64,000 nucleotides of DNA from a virus: positions 22,785 through 86,784 of the IMG/VR virus record IMGVR_UViG_3300028394_000059; one strand, given 5' to 3'. The notes below the pieces were generated by a model, which saw nothing but the letters and a program-made list of their open reading frames with translations, was not told the DNA's origin and searched no databases. This document shows, piece by piece, positions 9,895 to 21,300 of this stretch. Numbering within the stretch: the first letter of the stretch is position 1; each line of letters opens with the position of its first letter. A program made the translations under genes and the position numbers.

Positions 9895-12800
9895 ATGGCA
9901 AACGTAAGACTTAATTTTTTTAACAAGGAGGGTAATCCATTAAACTTCGATTATATCGGACCTACCGGACCAACTCCATTGGATTCTAGATTCACATACA
10001 TCACATCAGTATCAGGCTCTGCCAATGCTGGTGATATACATATTGATGATCCAGTATCGCCATCAACCCAATATTCGATAGAGTTGAATATCAATGATCT
10101 TAATGGATTTGATCTAACTGCATGGGCTAACGAAGCGACGGATTTCATATTAAAAGGTGCTGATGTGTATTTAAGCGGAGAGGTAGCAGGAGGGCAAAAT
10201 TTTAGATGGAAGATATTCTCTACATCTATAAGTAGCGGATCAGTTTATGTTGCTGTCGATGAGGATGATTACGAGGGGCAAAGAATAATAAGTCCAGGGA
10301 ATCAGATATACTTTACAACAGCCTATGATAAAAGACCAGGCGGGCATTTTAAAGGAAATATATATTTTGAACCGGTTTCTTCTGGACTGTATGAGAATGA
10401 GCAGATATTCATAGTACAAGAATTTGATACACCATCAGGTAAGCAATATGGCGTGCCTCAGATAGGAGCAACAGGAGCAACAGGATCTCCTAAATGGAGA
10501 ACAAGATGGGCCAATGATAATTATGGGGAGACTGATGTAAGCGAAATTATATTTACGTATGCAATACAGGATGAGTTACCTGGTGGTGATGGACAGCCTT
10601 TGATAGTCAGCTATCCTAATCTTGTCATCCCTGTCATTAAAGATCCCAACTCATATTATACTAATGGGTATATCTACACAACCATCAATTCATCAGAAGC
10701 AATTGCAATAAACGTTGCTACTAATGCACCGGATGAGGCAGGGAATATCTACGAGAGAAAACTTATAGTTGAAGATATTACAACCGGTACCCCCGAAAAG
10801 GTACTGGAAGTGGATTACTATGCTGAGATTGTTGGTGAGGATGAAAGATTCAGCGTGCTTCTTGAAAATCTTGGTCGTGCATTCTACAAGAGCGACTCCG
10901 TGATACTTAGGGATCATGATCCAGCAGAGCCCAATGCAAACTTTTTAGAGATTAACGAGAAAAGAAAGGAGCTATTAGTTACAGGTGAGGATATATTTCC
11001 GTATATAGGAAGTTATAAGGGTCTTATTAATGCTCTTAAGTTTTTTGGTTATCAGGATTTAAGAATAAAGGAATATTGGCTAAATCTAAACTATAAGAGT
11101 TTAAAATTAGAATCACCATTACAACAGAATCAGACTTTTCTTAATGCAATAAAATCGGAGCAATCAAAGGGGTATAGTCAGAGCTATCAGGTTGGCGACG
11201 TTTTGAATAATGAGAATTCTGGTAAATATAAACTAACACAAACATATGGACCTGATAATAAAGGAAATTATGTTCTTAGTGTTACTTCGGAGGATTCATT
11301 GGTACCTAGCCGGACATATAAGAAAACATCACTATTTGGTCTCTATTACGATCTAAATAAACCTACCGATGGCATAGATGAGTTTGGTTATCCTGTTGTC
11401 GTAGATGCCTTTAAATTCACACAAGAGGAGGTTCTAATAAAGATATTTGCTTTAAAGGAAAGGCTTAAAAGGGATTATCTTCCGCTAAATGCAAGAATAA
11501 TTGATATAACTGGTGAGGGTGTATATTTTAGTATTTATAATACACGTTCTTGGACCGATGTCATGGAAAGATTTGATGTCGAATCGGGATTTTATTTTGA
11601 TTTCTATCCCAATCCGGACATGGGGTTTATAGAGGATCTTAGAAATTTTTCAACAAGGAAGCTATCAACAGGTATACAGACACCAAGCTCGTATAATAAT
11701 TCATATAAGACAGGTGTTGATTTTGTTGGTGGTACTGGTAGCGCTATTTCTTTCTCCAACACATTACCATATGGTGTTACTGGATATAATCCAACAATAA
11801 CATTAACAGCAGGGAATGCATACGAATTTGATGTTATTGATAGTGGTGGATATGGTTATGATTTTATAATAACTACTGACCCATCATTAACTCAAGTTGA
11901 TCCTCTTGGTATATCGAATAACGGTGCAACCGGCGGGTATTCTGTTTCTTGGTATATTGAACCCGAACAAACAACTCCGGTTTATTATTACTCATCCAAC
12001 AACCCGCTATTATTAAAGGGTGTTATTAATGTGCTTACCCCGACAATATCTGATCTCGGGAATATAGTGGATCCGCTGGATGTGCAGCAAAATTATAATT
12101 CTGCTCAGAATACATCCCTTTTAGAGGCTATTAAAAATTTCTATGATCTTAAACAGAATGGTGATATCATAGAACTAGGAGACGATAGATTCGATCCTGT
12201 GGCTTATATTGATCCTAATACGGGTCAACCATATCAGCTTCCAATAGGCATGCCTGTTATACTGGAATTGATATTGGATAAATGGCAATGGAACGAGCTT
12301 AATATCGATTGGAATGCTTTAATAATACCAACATTTAAGGTTGGAGATAGAGTCCAATTTAAGAATCCGGAAGCATTCTATAATGGGCTTTTTGGTACGG
12401 TTGATGCGGTAAGCTATTCAACAGGAACATATTCTGTTATGATCGATCCACCTTATGGCTTTTCCATACCTGTAGGAGAGGCAGAATTATATTCATCTAT
12501 TCAGATTTATAATCTGCTTACTTGGGACGTTATAGATTTTTCCAATATGATGGAGATCGAGTGGATCCTGAATAAATCAGCTACTCAAAACGGAACACCA
12601 TATCACTTTGAATTTAGAGGCCCAATAACGGACTTTTATAAGCTGGCACACTTCTTACCTTACACTGGGAATTATCAGGTCATATGCAACATCTATGATG
12701 CTTTTAATGCTAAGACAACAATAATTAAGAATGGTGTAATTACGGTACAACCAAAGACTGTTGATATTGATTCATGGACAAGATTTAGGGAGGTTGAGAA

Positions 12801-14685
12801 TTATCTATGGGATAACGTTGATAGAGGATGGGGAGATTATGATTCAATTTGGGAATATCCCGCAGAAGGTGAAAGTATAGAAATACTAGAGAAATCAATA
12901 CCCCGAGAAATACTCGATTTCGCAACATATGGTAATAAATCGGAGGAGGGTCAAAGCCTTTATGTTAAAGTCAATACCTCACCAATTGGTGCTACCGGGT
13001 CTATCACATTTACACAGACGGTAACCAATATATCGGAGATATATTCTCTTCAGATAGGGGGTACGGGTTCTTCCATATATGGATATGCCACTATATCCAG
13101 TGCTACCCCACATGGATTGGTTGATGGTGACGAGGTAAATATATCCGGCACTGTATCTCAGCTTAATGGGAGATGGTTAGCTATACTCGATGGGGCAACA
13201 AATACATTTAGAATACCAATAGCTCTAAGCTCATCATTTAATGGGATATTATTGGAGACATCACCTGTTAATAGATATGTTACGGATCCCTTGGTGTATA
13301 CTAATCAGAAATTTGGTGGAGCGGGTAGCATAACTATTTACGCTGGTGGAAGATTAATAGGAAAATCAGAAACTGGTGATATCCTATATAATACTGCCAA
13401 TGAAATAACATCCGCAATAAACTCATTCAGAACATACCCTGATTATTTTGCTTCTTGTTTAAATCCTGCTGCTGATCCTGTTACTGTTACTATATCAGCA
13501 CCAAATGAACTTGGAGCCGATCAGAATGGAGTGTTACTGGGATCAACATTAACGGGTTCGCTAGTAACGGTTTCTGCAGATAGCATATTGTCTAACGGTG
13601 TAAGTCCAGCTGATACCTATGTTTACTGGTCGGAGAATGATCCAGATCAACCCAATGCAAATCTTAAGTATTGGGGAACTAAAAGATTAAACTGGGAGGT
13701 ATTTAATAGTACCACATGGGAAAATGGGTATGCACATAGTTGGTATGATTTTGAGTTTAATAATGATTGGCTGGGCGGATACGAGTTGCATACTCTTGTA
13801 CCAGGAGATCATGTTAAGATCAGCACAGGAAACAGCACATATCCGTATCCTGTTGGTGTTACATTTACGAATGGTTTATCAGGTCTAACGATACAAGAAG
13901 CAGCAGACCAGCTTAATAATTCGGATGAACCCCACATAACAAATTTCTATTATAGACCAATGCCAAGCGATGTTGGAGGTTTAAGTACCACAGCGGGAGC
14001 AGTAAATGTCACTTCTGGTAATCACCTTTTATTTAATGGTTTATTTCAACCACCACCATCATTAATTGGAGGTAGCCAGCTATTGATCCCTGGATTTGGT
14101 TATACTGGAGGTGTACAAATAACAACGTCGACGACAACAACGACAACATCAACATCAACAACATCAACAACGACGACGACAACAATAGCACCAACAACAA
14201 CAACAACATCGACGACATCGACGACAACAATATCACCAACAACAACAACAACAACAACGGCTGCCCCTATTTGTACATTAGCAGGAACTGCTACAATGGT
14301 ATACCCAGCGACAACAACGTCTACGACTACGACTACAACAATAAATCCTGCACTAAGTACAGTAACGATTTATTGGAGAAGAATATCGCTTGTTCTAGGC
14401 GGTGAGTACTTTGGCGTGGAGGTAGATGATGGAACTGGTAATATAATCGCTGTATTTAGTGATGATGCATTTGGTAGTACGACTCTTGTTATGCCAGTTG
14501 GTGGTATTATGGTTGCTTATATTGTTACGGGGCCAGGCTCAGTTGGCAGTTCTATAGTTATATACGACAATTATCCAACAAATAATAGTCAAGTAGCATA
14601 TGCCTCTGGTAGTAGCCCTATAACAGACCCTATTACTTTAGTAGCTGGTAAAACATATTACATAGGAGCAGCTGTAGATGTGTAG
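9895..14685 (+). CDS. Large baseplate wedge protein (gp7/P2 gpI-like) with a mucin-like Thr-rich C-terminal extension
   Basis: YIGSYKGLINALKFFGY (gpI/gp7-like motif), position after gp6, and Thr tracts near the C-terminus. Confidence 0.65.
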   Translation: MANVRLNFFNKEGNPLNFDYIGPTGPTPLDSRFTYITSVSGSANAGDIHIDDPVSPSTQYSIELNINDLNGFDLTAWANEATDFILKGADVYLSGEVAGGQNFRWKIFSTSISSGSVYVAVDEDDYEGQRIISPGNQIYFTTAYDKRPGGHFKGNIYFEPVSSGLYENEQIFIVQEFDTPSGKQYGVPQIGATGATGSPKWRTRWANDNYGETDVSEIIFTYAIQDELPGGDGQPLIVSYPNLVIPVIKDPNSYYTNGYIYTTINSSEAIAINVATNAPDEAGNIYERKLIVEDITTGTPEKVLEVDYYAEIVGEDERFSVLLENLGRAFYKSDSVILRDHDPAEPNANFLEINEKRKELLVTGEDIFPYIGSYKGLINALKFFGYQDLRIKEYWLNLNYKSLKLESPLQQNQTFLNAIKSEQSKGYSQSYQVGDVLNNENSGKYKLTQTYGPDNKGNYVLSVTSEDSLVPSRTYKKTSLFGLYYDLNKPTDGIDEFGYPVVVDAFKFTQEEVLIKIFALKERLKRDYLPLNARIIDITGEGVYFSIYNTRSWTDVMERFDVESGFYFDFYPNPDMGFIEDLRNFSTRKLSTGIQTPSSYNNSYKTGVDFVGGTGSAISFSNTLPYGVTGYNPTITLTAGNAYEFDVIDSGGYGYDFIITTDPSLTQVDPLGISNNGATGGYSVSWYIEPEQTTPVYYYSSNNPLLLKGVINVLTPTISDLGNIVDPLDVQQNYNSAQNTSLLEAIKNFYDLKQNGDIIELGDDRFDPVAYIDPNTGQPYQLPIGMPVILELILDKWQWNELNIDWNALIIPTFKVGDRVQFKNPEAFYNGLFGTVDAVSYSTGTYSVMIDPPYGFSIPVGEAELYSSIQIYNLLTWDVIDFSNMMEIEWILNKSATQNGTPYHFEFRGPITDFYKLAHFLPYTGNYQVICNIYDAFNAKTTIIKNGVITVQPKTVDIDSWTRFREVENYLWDNVDRGWGDYDSIWEYPAEGESIEILEKSIPREILDFATYGNKSEEGQSLYVKVNTSPIGATGSITFTQTVTNISEIYSLQIGGTGSSIYGYATISSATPHGLVDGDEVNISGTVSQLNGRWLAILDGATNTFRIPIALSSSFNGILLETSPVNRYVTDPLVYTNQKFGGAGSITIYAGGRLIGKSETGDILYNTANEITSAINSFRTYPDYFASCLNPAADPVTVTISAPNELGADQNGVLLGSTLTGSLVTVSADSILSNGVSPADTYVYWSENDPDQPNANLKYWGTKRLNWEVFNSTTWENGYAHSWYDFEFNNDWLGGYELHTLVPGDHVKISTGNSTYPYPVGVTFTNGLSGLTIQEAADQLNNSDEPHITNFYYRPMPSDVGGLSTTAGAVNVTSGNHLLFNGLFQPPPSLIGGSQLLIPGFGYTGGVQITTSTTTTTTSTSTTSTTTTTTIAPTTTTTSTTSTTTISPTTTTTTTAAPICTLAGTATMVYPATTTSTTTTTTINPALSTVTIYWRRISLVLGGEYFGVEVDDGTGNIIAVFSDDAFGSTTLVMPVGGIMVAYIVTGPGSVGSSIVIYDNYPTNNSQVAYASGSSPITDPITLVAGKTYYIGAAVDV
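14122..14340 (+). repeat. ACA/ACG-rich trinucleotide tracts encoding poly-Thr/Ser linkers
   Basis: 14122-14259 encodes TTSTTTTTTSTSTTSTTTTTTIAPTTTTTSTTSTTTISPTTTTTTT; 14311-14340 encodes TTTSTTTTTT. Confidence 0.95.
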
Positions 14686-14686
14686 G

Positions 14687-14704
14687 ACCTTAAGAACCTT
14701 AAGA
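14687..14704. repeat. 9-bp tandem duplication ACCTTAAGA x2
   Basis: Seen directly, just after the stop codon at 14685. Confidence 0.85.
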
Positions 14705-14731
14705 TTTAAAATGCAATTTAATTAATAAAAA

Positions 14732-15388
14732 ATGGAAACAGCACTAATAACATTAACAACAGCGGGAGCGGACACGGGTTCTTTTAGTTTATCCTCGAAT
14801 ACAACCGGATTTGCAACCACCTTTGAAAGTGGAATATCTAGAGCATCACTGCTAGCTGGATACACATCCAATTTGGTTCCTCCCGGAACAACAACAATCA
14901 GGGTTAAATCAAATTCGGTTGGTTGCAGTAATTTCGTGGATATAGTTGTTGGTGGAATAACGACCACATCCACAACAACAACAACAACATTACCACCATC
15001 CAATTCATTTCTTACTAATTATTCCATAAACGACATTACCATCAGTTTTCAATTATATGCTAAGGCTGGTAGCTCCTCTTATACCCTCTTTTATGCAACA
15101 CCAGCAGCAGTAACTATCTCGAAGGGAGGAACCTATGGATTTAGTACGTCATATCCCGCAGGTTTAGGAAGCGGGACACGTTCTTTTAAGCTTGTGATAT
15201 CTGCGGGAAGCACAGGAATAGTAGCGAATGTATCAGCGTTCTATCTTAATTCAGATTTGGCCTCAACATCAGTGGTGAAATTTTCTGGTAACACTCCGGC
15301 GGCTGGGGCTTTTCAAGCTGTTAGTGTTGTAGAGGCAGGGGATAGCGTATCATTCATAGATGCATATATCACAACTACATTTGTATAA
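14732..15388 (+). CDS. Putative virion decoration/adhesin protein: two beta domains joined by a poly-Thr linker
   Basis: N-terminal LITLTTAGADTG...TTTIRVKS..C.N domain, TTTSTTTTTT at 14960-14989, and an S/T/G-rich C-terminal domain. Confidence 0.6.
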   Translation: METALITLTTAGADTGSFSLSSNTTGFATTFESGISRASLLAGYTSNLVPPGTTTIRVKSNSVGCSNFVDIVVGGITTTSTTTTTTLPPSNSFLTNYSINDITISFQLYAKAGSSSYTLFYATPAAVTISKGGTYGFSTSYPAGLGSGTRSFKLVISAGSTGIVANVSAFYLNSDLASTSVVKFSGNTPAAGAFQAVSVVEAGDSVSFIDAYITTTFV

Positions 15389-15400
15389 TTTTCATAAAGT

Positions 15401-15429
15401 GGAACAGAACGTATTAATTTCCATATAAT
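15401..15429 (+). promoter_or_regulatory. Putative GGAAC-N18-TATAAT promoter
   Basis: GGAAC at 15401-15405 and TATAAT at 15424-15429, 20 nt before the ATG. Confidence 0.55.
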
Positions 15430-15449
15430 AATCATAAATAAAATTAGAT

Positions 15450-16415
15450 ATGATTAATAAAAAGATGACATTTATATGTGCTCAGCCGGATGTTCCATAT
15501 TTTCACTGGCAGGTTGAGGTGTTCATTCATAGTGCAATGAAATCTGGGATTAATCCAAACTGGATAGAAATCCTATTTGCGTATGACGAAACACCATCTG
15601 ACGAGGGCTTAAAATTAGCTCAGAAATATCCATTTATTAGATTTTTCTTTTACCAGAAAACTGTGAGCGAAAATTATGGATATATTCCTATATTAAGACC
15701 GGACGTTCTGGAACAACACTTCTTTAAATATCCAGAATTGTCTAACGAGATAATATTCTATCATGACTCCGATATAATATTTAGAGAGCTACCCGATTTT
15801 AATTTGCTAAATGATGATGATTTTTGGTATCTCAGCGATACTATTTCTTATATTGGATCCGATTACATAAAAAGTAAATCTGATAAGTTACTCACCGACA
15901 TGTGTAATATAGCTGGTGTTTCTAGAGAACTTGTTGAGGAAAATAATGCAAACTCTGGTGGTGCCCAATATCTTATGAAAGGCATAGATCATCTTTTCTG
16001 GAGAGATGTTAAATTCGTTTCTCTGGATCTTTATAAATATATGCTTGATGCAGAGATGGCAGAGAGACCAACATTAACAGGGGAGGAGCTAAATACATAT
16101 AATCCCATTCAAAAATGGTGTGCTGATATGTGGGCAGTGTTATGGTGTGGACTAAAGACTGGGCATCAGGTCAGGTTATCGCCTGAACTTGGATTCAGCT
16201 GGGGATCTTCATGGGGATGTCATGAATGGAATCTTCATAAAATAATGCATAATGCTGGAGTAACCGACAACATGGGTGGAAGATGTTTCTATAAGGGAGA
16301 TTATATAAACCAACTCCCTTGGGATGTGGATTTTTCTGGGATTGATCCGCAAAGTAACACATACAACTACGTACAGGCAATTCTTTATGCCAAGGTGATG
16401 CGAACACAACTATAA
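15450..16415 (+). CDS. GT-A glycosyltransferase resembling peptidyl-Ser galactosyltransferase/Hyp O-arabinosyltransferase (SGT1/HPAT-like)
   Basis: YFHWQVEVFIHS, YIPILRP, the DxD motif HDSDIIFR and KWCADMWA parallel the recalled SGT1/HPAT motifs YFDWQ...HS, YP..N.P, DAD..R and W..EMY. Confidence 0.7.
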   Translation: MINKKMTFICAQPDVPYFHWQVEVFIHSAMKSGINPNWIEILFAYDETPSDEGLKLAQKYPFIRFFFYQKTVSENYGYIPILRPDVLEQHFFKYPELSNEIIFYHDSDIIFRELPDFNLLNDDDFWYLSDTISYIGSDYIKSKSDKLLTDMCNIAGVSRELVEENNANSGGAQYLMKGIDHLFWRDVKFVSLDLYKYMLDAEMAERPTLTGEELNTYNPIQKWCADMWAVLWCGLKTGHQVRLSPELGFSWGSSWGCHEWNLHKIMHNAGVTDNMGGRCFYKGDYINQLPWDVDFSGIDPQSNTYNYVQAILYAKVMRTQL

Positions 16416-16436
16416 TTTTAAGACCTTCTGATCTGT

Positions 16437-16444
16437 GATATATA
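16437..16444 (+). promoter_or_regulatory. GATATATA putative late promoter
   Basis: Octamer 31 nt before the ATG at 16468. Confidence 0.65.
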
Positions 16445-16467
16445 AGGAAGCAATCAATCATTAAAAA

Positions 16468-18321
16468 ATGGCAGATATTCAGATAGGTGTAAATCAAGGA
16501 GACACAGTTTATTATTTTGATCAAAGTATAGGAAACATAGTCTCCAGGGATTGGCTTTTTATTGGTGGAACACCAACAGGTGGGACATCCTACGGACCTG
16601 CAATAAAGTACAATAGTACGAATGCATTGGGATATAATACCTCACTACTTGTTACCGATGCAGCGGGTGTTACTGGTGCAGCCAATAAAACCAATATAAT
16701 TGTGGTTTATCCTGAGGTTATGACAGCACAAATTACTGCTACACCAAATTCTACCTCGATGGATGTCAACGTTATTTATCAGAGTATTGGGTTAACTGGT
16801 AGTGGATATGCTTCATATAATTGGTCAATACCTGGATTAGGAGCAACATCGGGTTCTTCACTGGACTCCGTTACTGGTCCCTACCCCGATTGGTATACTC
16901 TGACAGGATTATACACTGGACTTCCTGGCTCAACATATATAGGAACTGCAACATTATCGGTAACAAGCAACGTTGGTAATAACGCTAATACAGCAACCAA
17001 TGTTACATTTTATAAATATGGACCCTACGAGGATATAAATTATAATGACAATCCATATTATCCTATAACCGGTCCTTATTACACCTGTAGTGTTTTGAGT
17101 GCCAACTCGACAGCCATAGGTTTAGGTGGTAGTAATGTTGTTCTTAAGATAGATCAGAATGGCAGCCATTCTGGACAGATGTGGGATAACTTATATTTTC
17201 ATTCAACAAATGAGTATTGCAACTATTACCCAAACAATGATGATATACTCCAAAGCCAATACGCAGGGCAAACATTTGGGATTATTTCAACCAAGATTAT
17301 ATTTTCGGGAGCTTCATTAACACTTGCTGGTGCTTCATATACACCTGATTCAAAAATAGATCTTGGAAATTATATTACCACTGGATTTATAAACACAAAC
17401 CTGAACGATACATTTTATATAACGGATTATCCGCAGGGAGGACTATTGACTGGCGCTAAAACGGGAAATAGAGAATGGTCTAATGGTGCTATAAATGAAT
17501 ATATGTCAAATAAATATTATTTAACAACTTCCTCAAAATACATAGAGAACGGTGGATTTACATCAGGAAAAATTCCGAGAGTAAATCTAGCCTCCGTGGA
17601 GGCATCAGTTAATCTTGATGCGGGCTCATATAAGTTTGATGGTGGATATGGAGCGGGAGGAACAGCACACGGACCATGTGTACCTAGCTCTAAATTTTTT
17701 GATGATAAATTTGGTGTTAGTGATATAACCGTGGATGTAACAATACAAATTGCAACTGAAAATGCGGTAGCGTACAGCTTTAATGTTACGCTCTCCGATT
17801 CTGATAGTGCTGGTAATACGCCGGATGTTTGGCTTATTACCGCACAGGATACCGCTTATGGAACTGGTACAGGATTGGTTTCTATATTTAACACGGCTTT
17901 AGGATTAATAGGTAGTACTAATAAATTATCCGATTTTATTGGATTTGAACAGTCCCCGTATTTTGCTGCCTACGAAAACGGTGGTGCTTCAAATAATGCA
18001 GCAAAACAATATGACGCTGCAAATTTTCCGGGCATCAGGTTTTATGTTAAAGACCCTGCAGTTGAAAATACAGGAACAGTTTTAGATTCAGAGAATATAG
18101 CATCTGTTAGTATTAGTTGGGGACCCGGCTGGGCGGCTGGTGTTGAGGGACAAGGTTACTTTACTAGTGACAGAAAATTAACATCAGTATTAGGATCTTT
18201 TAAGAGTGATATTGCTTCCTGGATTTCCTGGCTCGGATTCAAGTCAAATTGTGGACTTCCTTCTTCTTTTGTAACGAAGGCTAATTATTTAAGAGGGTGG
18301 AGAATAGGCGGATCCGTATAA
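16468..18321 (+). CDS. PKD-domain virion protein
   Basis: YYFDQSIGNIVSRDWLFIGGTP...P.IKY...GYNTSLLVTD is a PKD repeat pattern, followed by a second Ig-like unit. Confidence 0.65.
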   Translation: MADIQIGVNQGDTVYYFDQSIGNIVSRDWLFIGGTPTGGTSYGPAIKYNSTNALGYNTSLLVTDAAGVTGAANKTNIIVVYPEVMTAQITATPNSTSMDVNVIYQSIGLTGSGYASYNWSIPGLGATSGSSLDSVTGPYPDWYTLTGLYTGLPGSTYIGTATLSVTSNVGNNANTATNVTFYKYGPYEDINYNDNPYYPITGPYYTCSVLSANSTAIGLGGSNVVLKIDQNGSHSGQMWDNLYFHSTNEYCNYYPNNDDILQSQYAGQTFGIISTKIIFSGASLTLAGASYTPDSKIDLGNYITTGFINTNLNDTFYITDYPQGGLLTGAKTGNREWSNGAINEYMSNKYYLTTSSKYIENGGFTSGKIPRVNLASVEASVNLDAGSYKFDGGYGAGGTAHGPCVPSSKFFDDKFGVSDITVDVTIQIATENAVAYSFNVTLSDSDSAGNTPDVWLITAQDTAYGTGTGLVSIFNTALGLIGSTNKLSDFIGFEQSPYFAAYENGGASNNAAKQYDAANFPGIRFYVKDPAVENTGTVLDSENIASVSISWGPGWAAGVEGQGYFTSDRKLTSVLGSFKSDIASWISWLGFKSNCGLPSSFVTKANYLRGWRIGGSV

Positions 18322-18350
18322 TAAAAACAAAAAGTAAACTAAAGATATAG

Positions 18351-21300
18351 ATGGCAAGCTACTATTTAATAATGAATCAGATTGACGTGGACTCGGAATT
18401 CTATGTTTGGGGATCTGGTCAGGATTTAAGAAGATTCGATGGAAATACATGGGAATACTATAATTATACAAATTCTGCAGTTCCTAGTGGTGCACCTTAT
18501 TTCTTAGATACAAGATCAATATCAATAGATCCTGCTGATAGAGTATGGGTTGGATGTGCGGAAGGACCAACATCGGGACTTAATGAAAATGCGGTTTTCT
18601 ATATTGATAGCAATGATGTTAGTATAGGTGATAGTTGGACATTTTCTGATCTTGGTAGTTTTACTGAACCACAGGAAATCTCACATATTTATGCTTGTCC
18701 ATACGGGGATGACATTCTTGCTTTTGCTACACCACTTAATGGTATAGGTGGAACAGGAACTACCGGATACACTCAAATAAATGGCGTTACTGGCGGTAGA
18801 CTTTTCCATTATCTAATTGAAAATGAGGAGTGGAAAGAAACTGTTCCTGAGTACATCTGGCCCCATATATATGATACGATAGCTAAAGGGTATGATGGTA
18901 AGAATTACTTCTATTATGTTGCAACATCGGAGGGTCTTTTTACAATACCGCAGGGTACATTGGAGAAGGAGACTCTTTTGGGTGGATTTGAGATAATAAA
19001 ACAAGCTCAGGTTTATAACACAAAGACCAGTGGGATAATATCAGATAACGTTTATTCTATTGACCTTGACGAGGATGGAAATCTATGGATAGGAACGGAC
19101 GTTGGTCTATCATTCTTTGATGGAACCGAATTCTACAATTACCCCATAGCTACAGGTCCCGTTACCAAAGTTAAATCCAGACCGAACGGGCACGTATTTT
19201 ATTCTTCCGGGGATGGTGAGCTAAATAGCGGTACGGGTCTTTGGCATTTCAACGGAGTGAATTACACACAATACACATCAGCAACTGGTGGTATCGCCAA
19301 TGATAATGTTCTGGATATAAAACTAGTTGAATACAACATAACACAGAACAGCTCGGTTGTTTATGAGGATGGACTCTGGGTTCTTTGTTACAATTATCTT
19401 TCTGATTTTGACTATGACATTCCTCATGTTTATGGATCATCCAAATATGAGGGTGCAACGGGATGGAACTTTACATACTACACACCAGATCAACCAGAAA
19501 TAAATCCAGCTATTCCCAAGATCAATAAATACACATGGTCTTACCCGGAATGGAGAACATACCAGGATGGGTTTCTAAAGTATAAATTTCCAGGACTAGA
19601 TCCAAGAAACCTATTTCTAACTACGGAACTTAGTGATATTGCTGATGGTAAGGCTGGTAAACAACCATATTGGGATAATTGGCCAATTCCATCATATGAG
19701 GAGGAAGTTTTAGTGGAATCGATAGCTGATTATGATTGGGCTGATAATATAGTGATAGGAGCAATCGACTCTTATGGGGGTACTGGAAATATTGCCATAA
19801 CCTCATCAGCAAGTATAAAAACACAATTTGGTACCAAGTACTATGTTGGTGGGTACATATCAGGAAATACAAATGCAAACTTTGGTTACTATAACAACAA
19901 TGATGTAGCTTCAATATCAAATCAAAATCCAACATTAGGTGGCAGATCGGGCGTTGGCGGTTCTAACACTTCCACTGGTGCTCAATCAATGGGATTTATA
20001 ACTTGCTATAACGAAAAAGGGATAGTTGATTCAATTCTCCCTTTCAGAGGTTATTTCACAACAATTGAAGATCTGGCACCTTCCCCGGACGGATCCTCAA
20101 TTATTGCTACTGGACAATTTAAAAGATTTATAGAAAATGGTGATTATGTATGGGATTCAATCGAATTGCTAAATGATACTTTTGAGGGAGGTCCTACAGG
20201 AGCACCTATAGGGGTAACCAATCCTTATATAACTGGATTAACATCCGGATCATATTCGTGGATATATGATCCAACATCACCGGTAACTACATTTAGTGAT
20301 GACTGGTTATTTGATAATACAGTGAATACACCATCTTCCGGTAATTTTGACACGCAGACATTAAATTCTTCTGGACTATATGAGGATGTAACATACATAT
20401 CATTAAATTACACTTCCGATTCCTCTGCTAATCTCACTACGGAACTTGATGCGCTTGTAACCGGAAATACACTGAGCCTATATTCATACTCTCCCGCTTT
20501 GGCTTATTATAGAATTGATCGGATATCAGCATTCTCGGGTGGGCTAAAATTCAACGTTACATACATGTCAGGAGCTACTGGGGCCATTGGAAATTTGAGC
20601 GTCGGTACTGCATTCGCTATTAGCGGATATGATTATACGCCGGATACCTATCCGATGGTAAGGAATCTGCAATATATGACGGATACCCTAAATCAATGGG
20701 AAGCCGGTATAAAAAAAGATGTCCAATCCATAGGCCTATTTGTTACTAAAATAAATGGTGATCTTGGTGGTGTATCTTCATTGGCACCGTTAATAAATTA
20801 TGCTGACTACAATTCCGCGGCACGTAAGTATTTTAGAACCACCGGATTTAGACATTTCCCAAGAGCATCAGTTATGCGTCATTCAGATGGTGATGATGAT
20901 AAACAAATAAAACTGGATGTTACTAGGTATTCTATAAATCTAGGTATAAAAAATGATGAGAACTGGAATAGTATGGGCGGAAATCCGCTTGGAGGATTTG
21001 CAACTCTGAAAAATCTGTGGAATAGAACAAATGATGGATTTTTTACGACCGATTATATTGCACAGAGCAATAGAAATACACTCTATGCATTTAACCAGGA
21101 TACTGTATTCTCGTATGTTAGATTATCGGTTGATGATTTTTCTCTATTATCTACCATAACATCGGAGAGTCTTAACTTCACACCAGTCGGAGCTTTCAAA
21201 ATTGCTAGCGGTCAAATAGGATCTGTAAAATCTCTAAGAGGAGATAATACAACTTTAGTGACTGGATATGTTGATAGATCATTTACTATGGGGGGAATCG

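Noticed and set aside
14033-14257. Leu-rich minus-strand ORF resembling a signal or TM peptide
   Set aside because: It is the antisense shadow of the ACA Thr tract.
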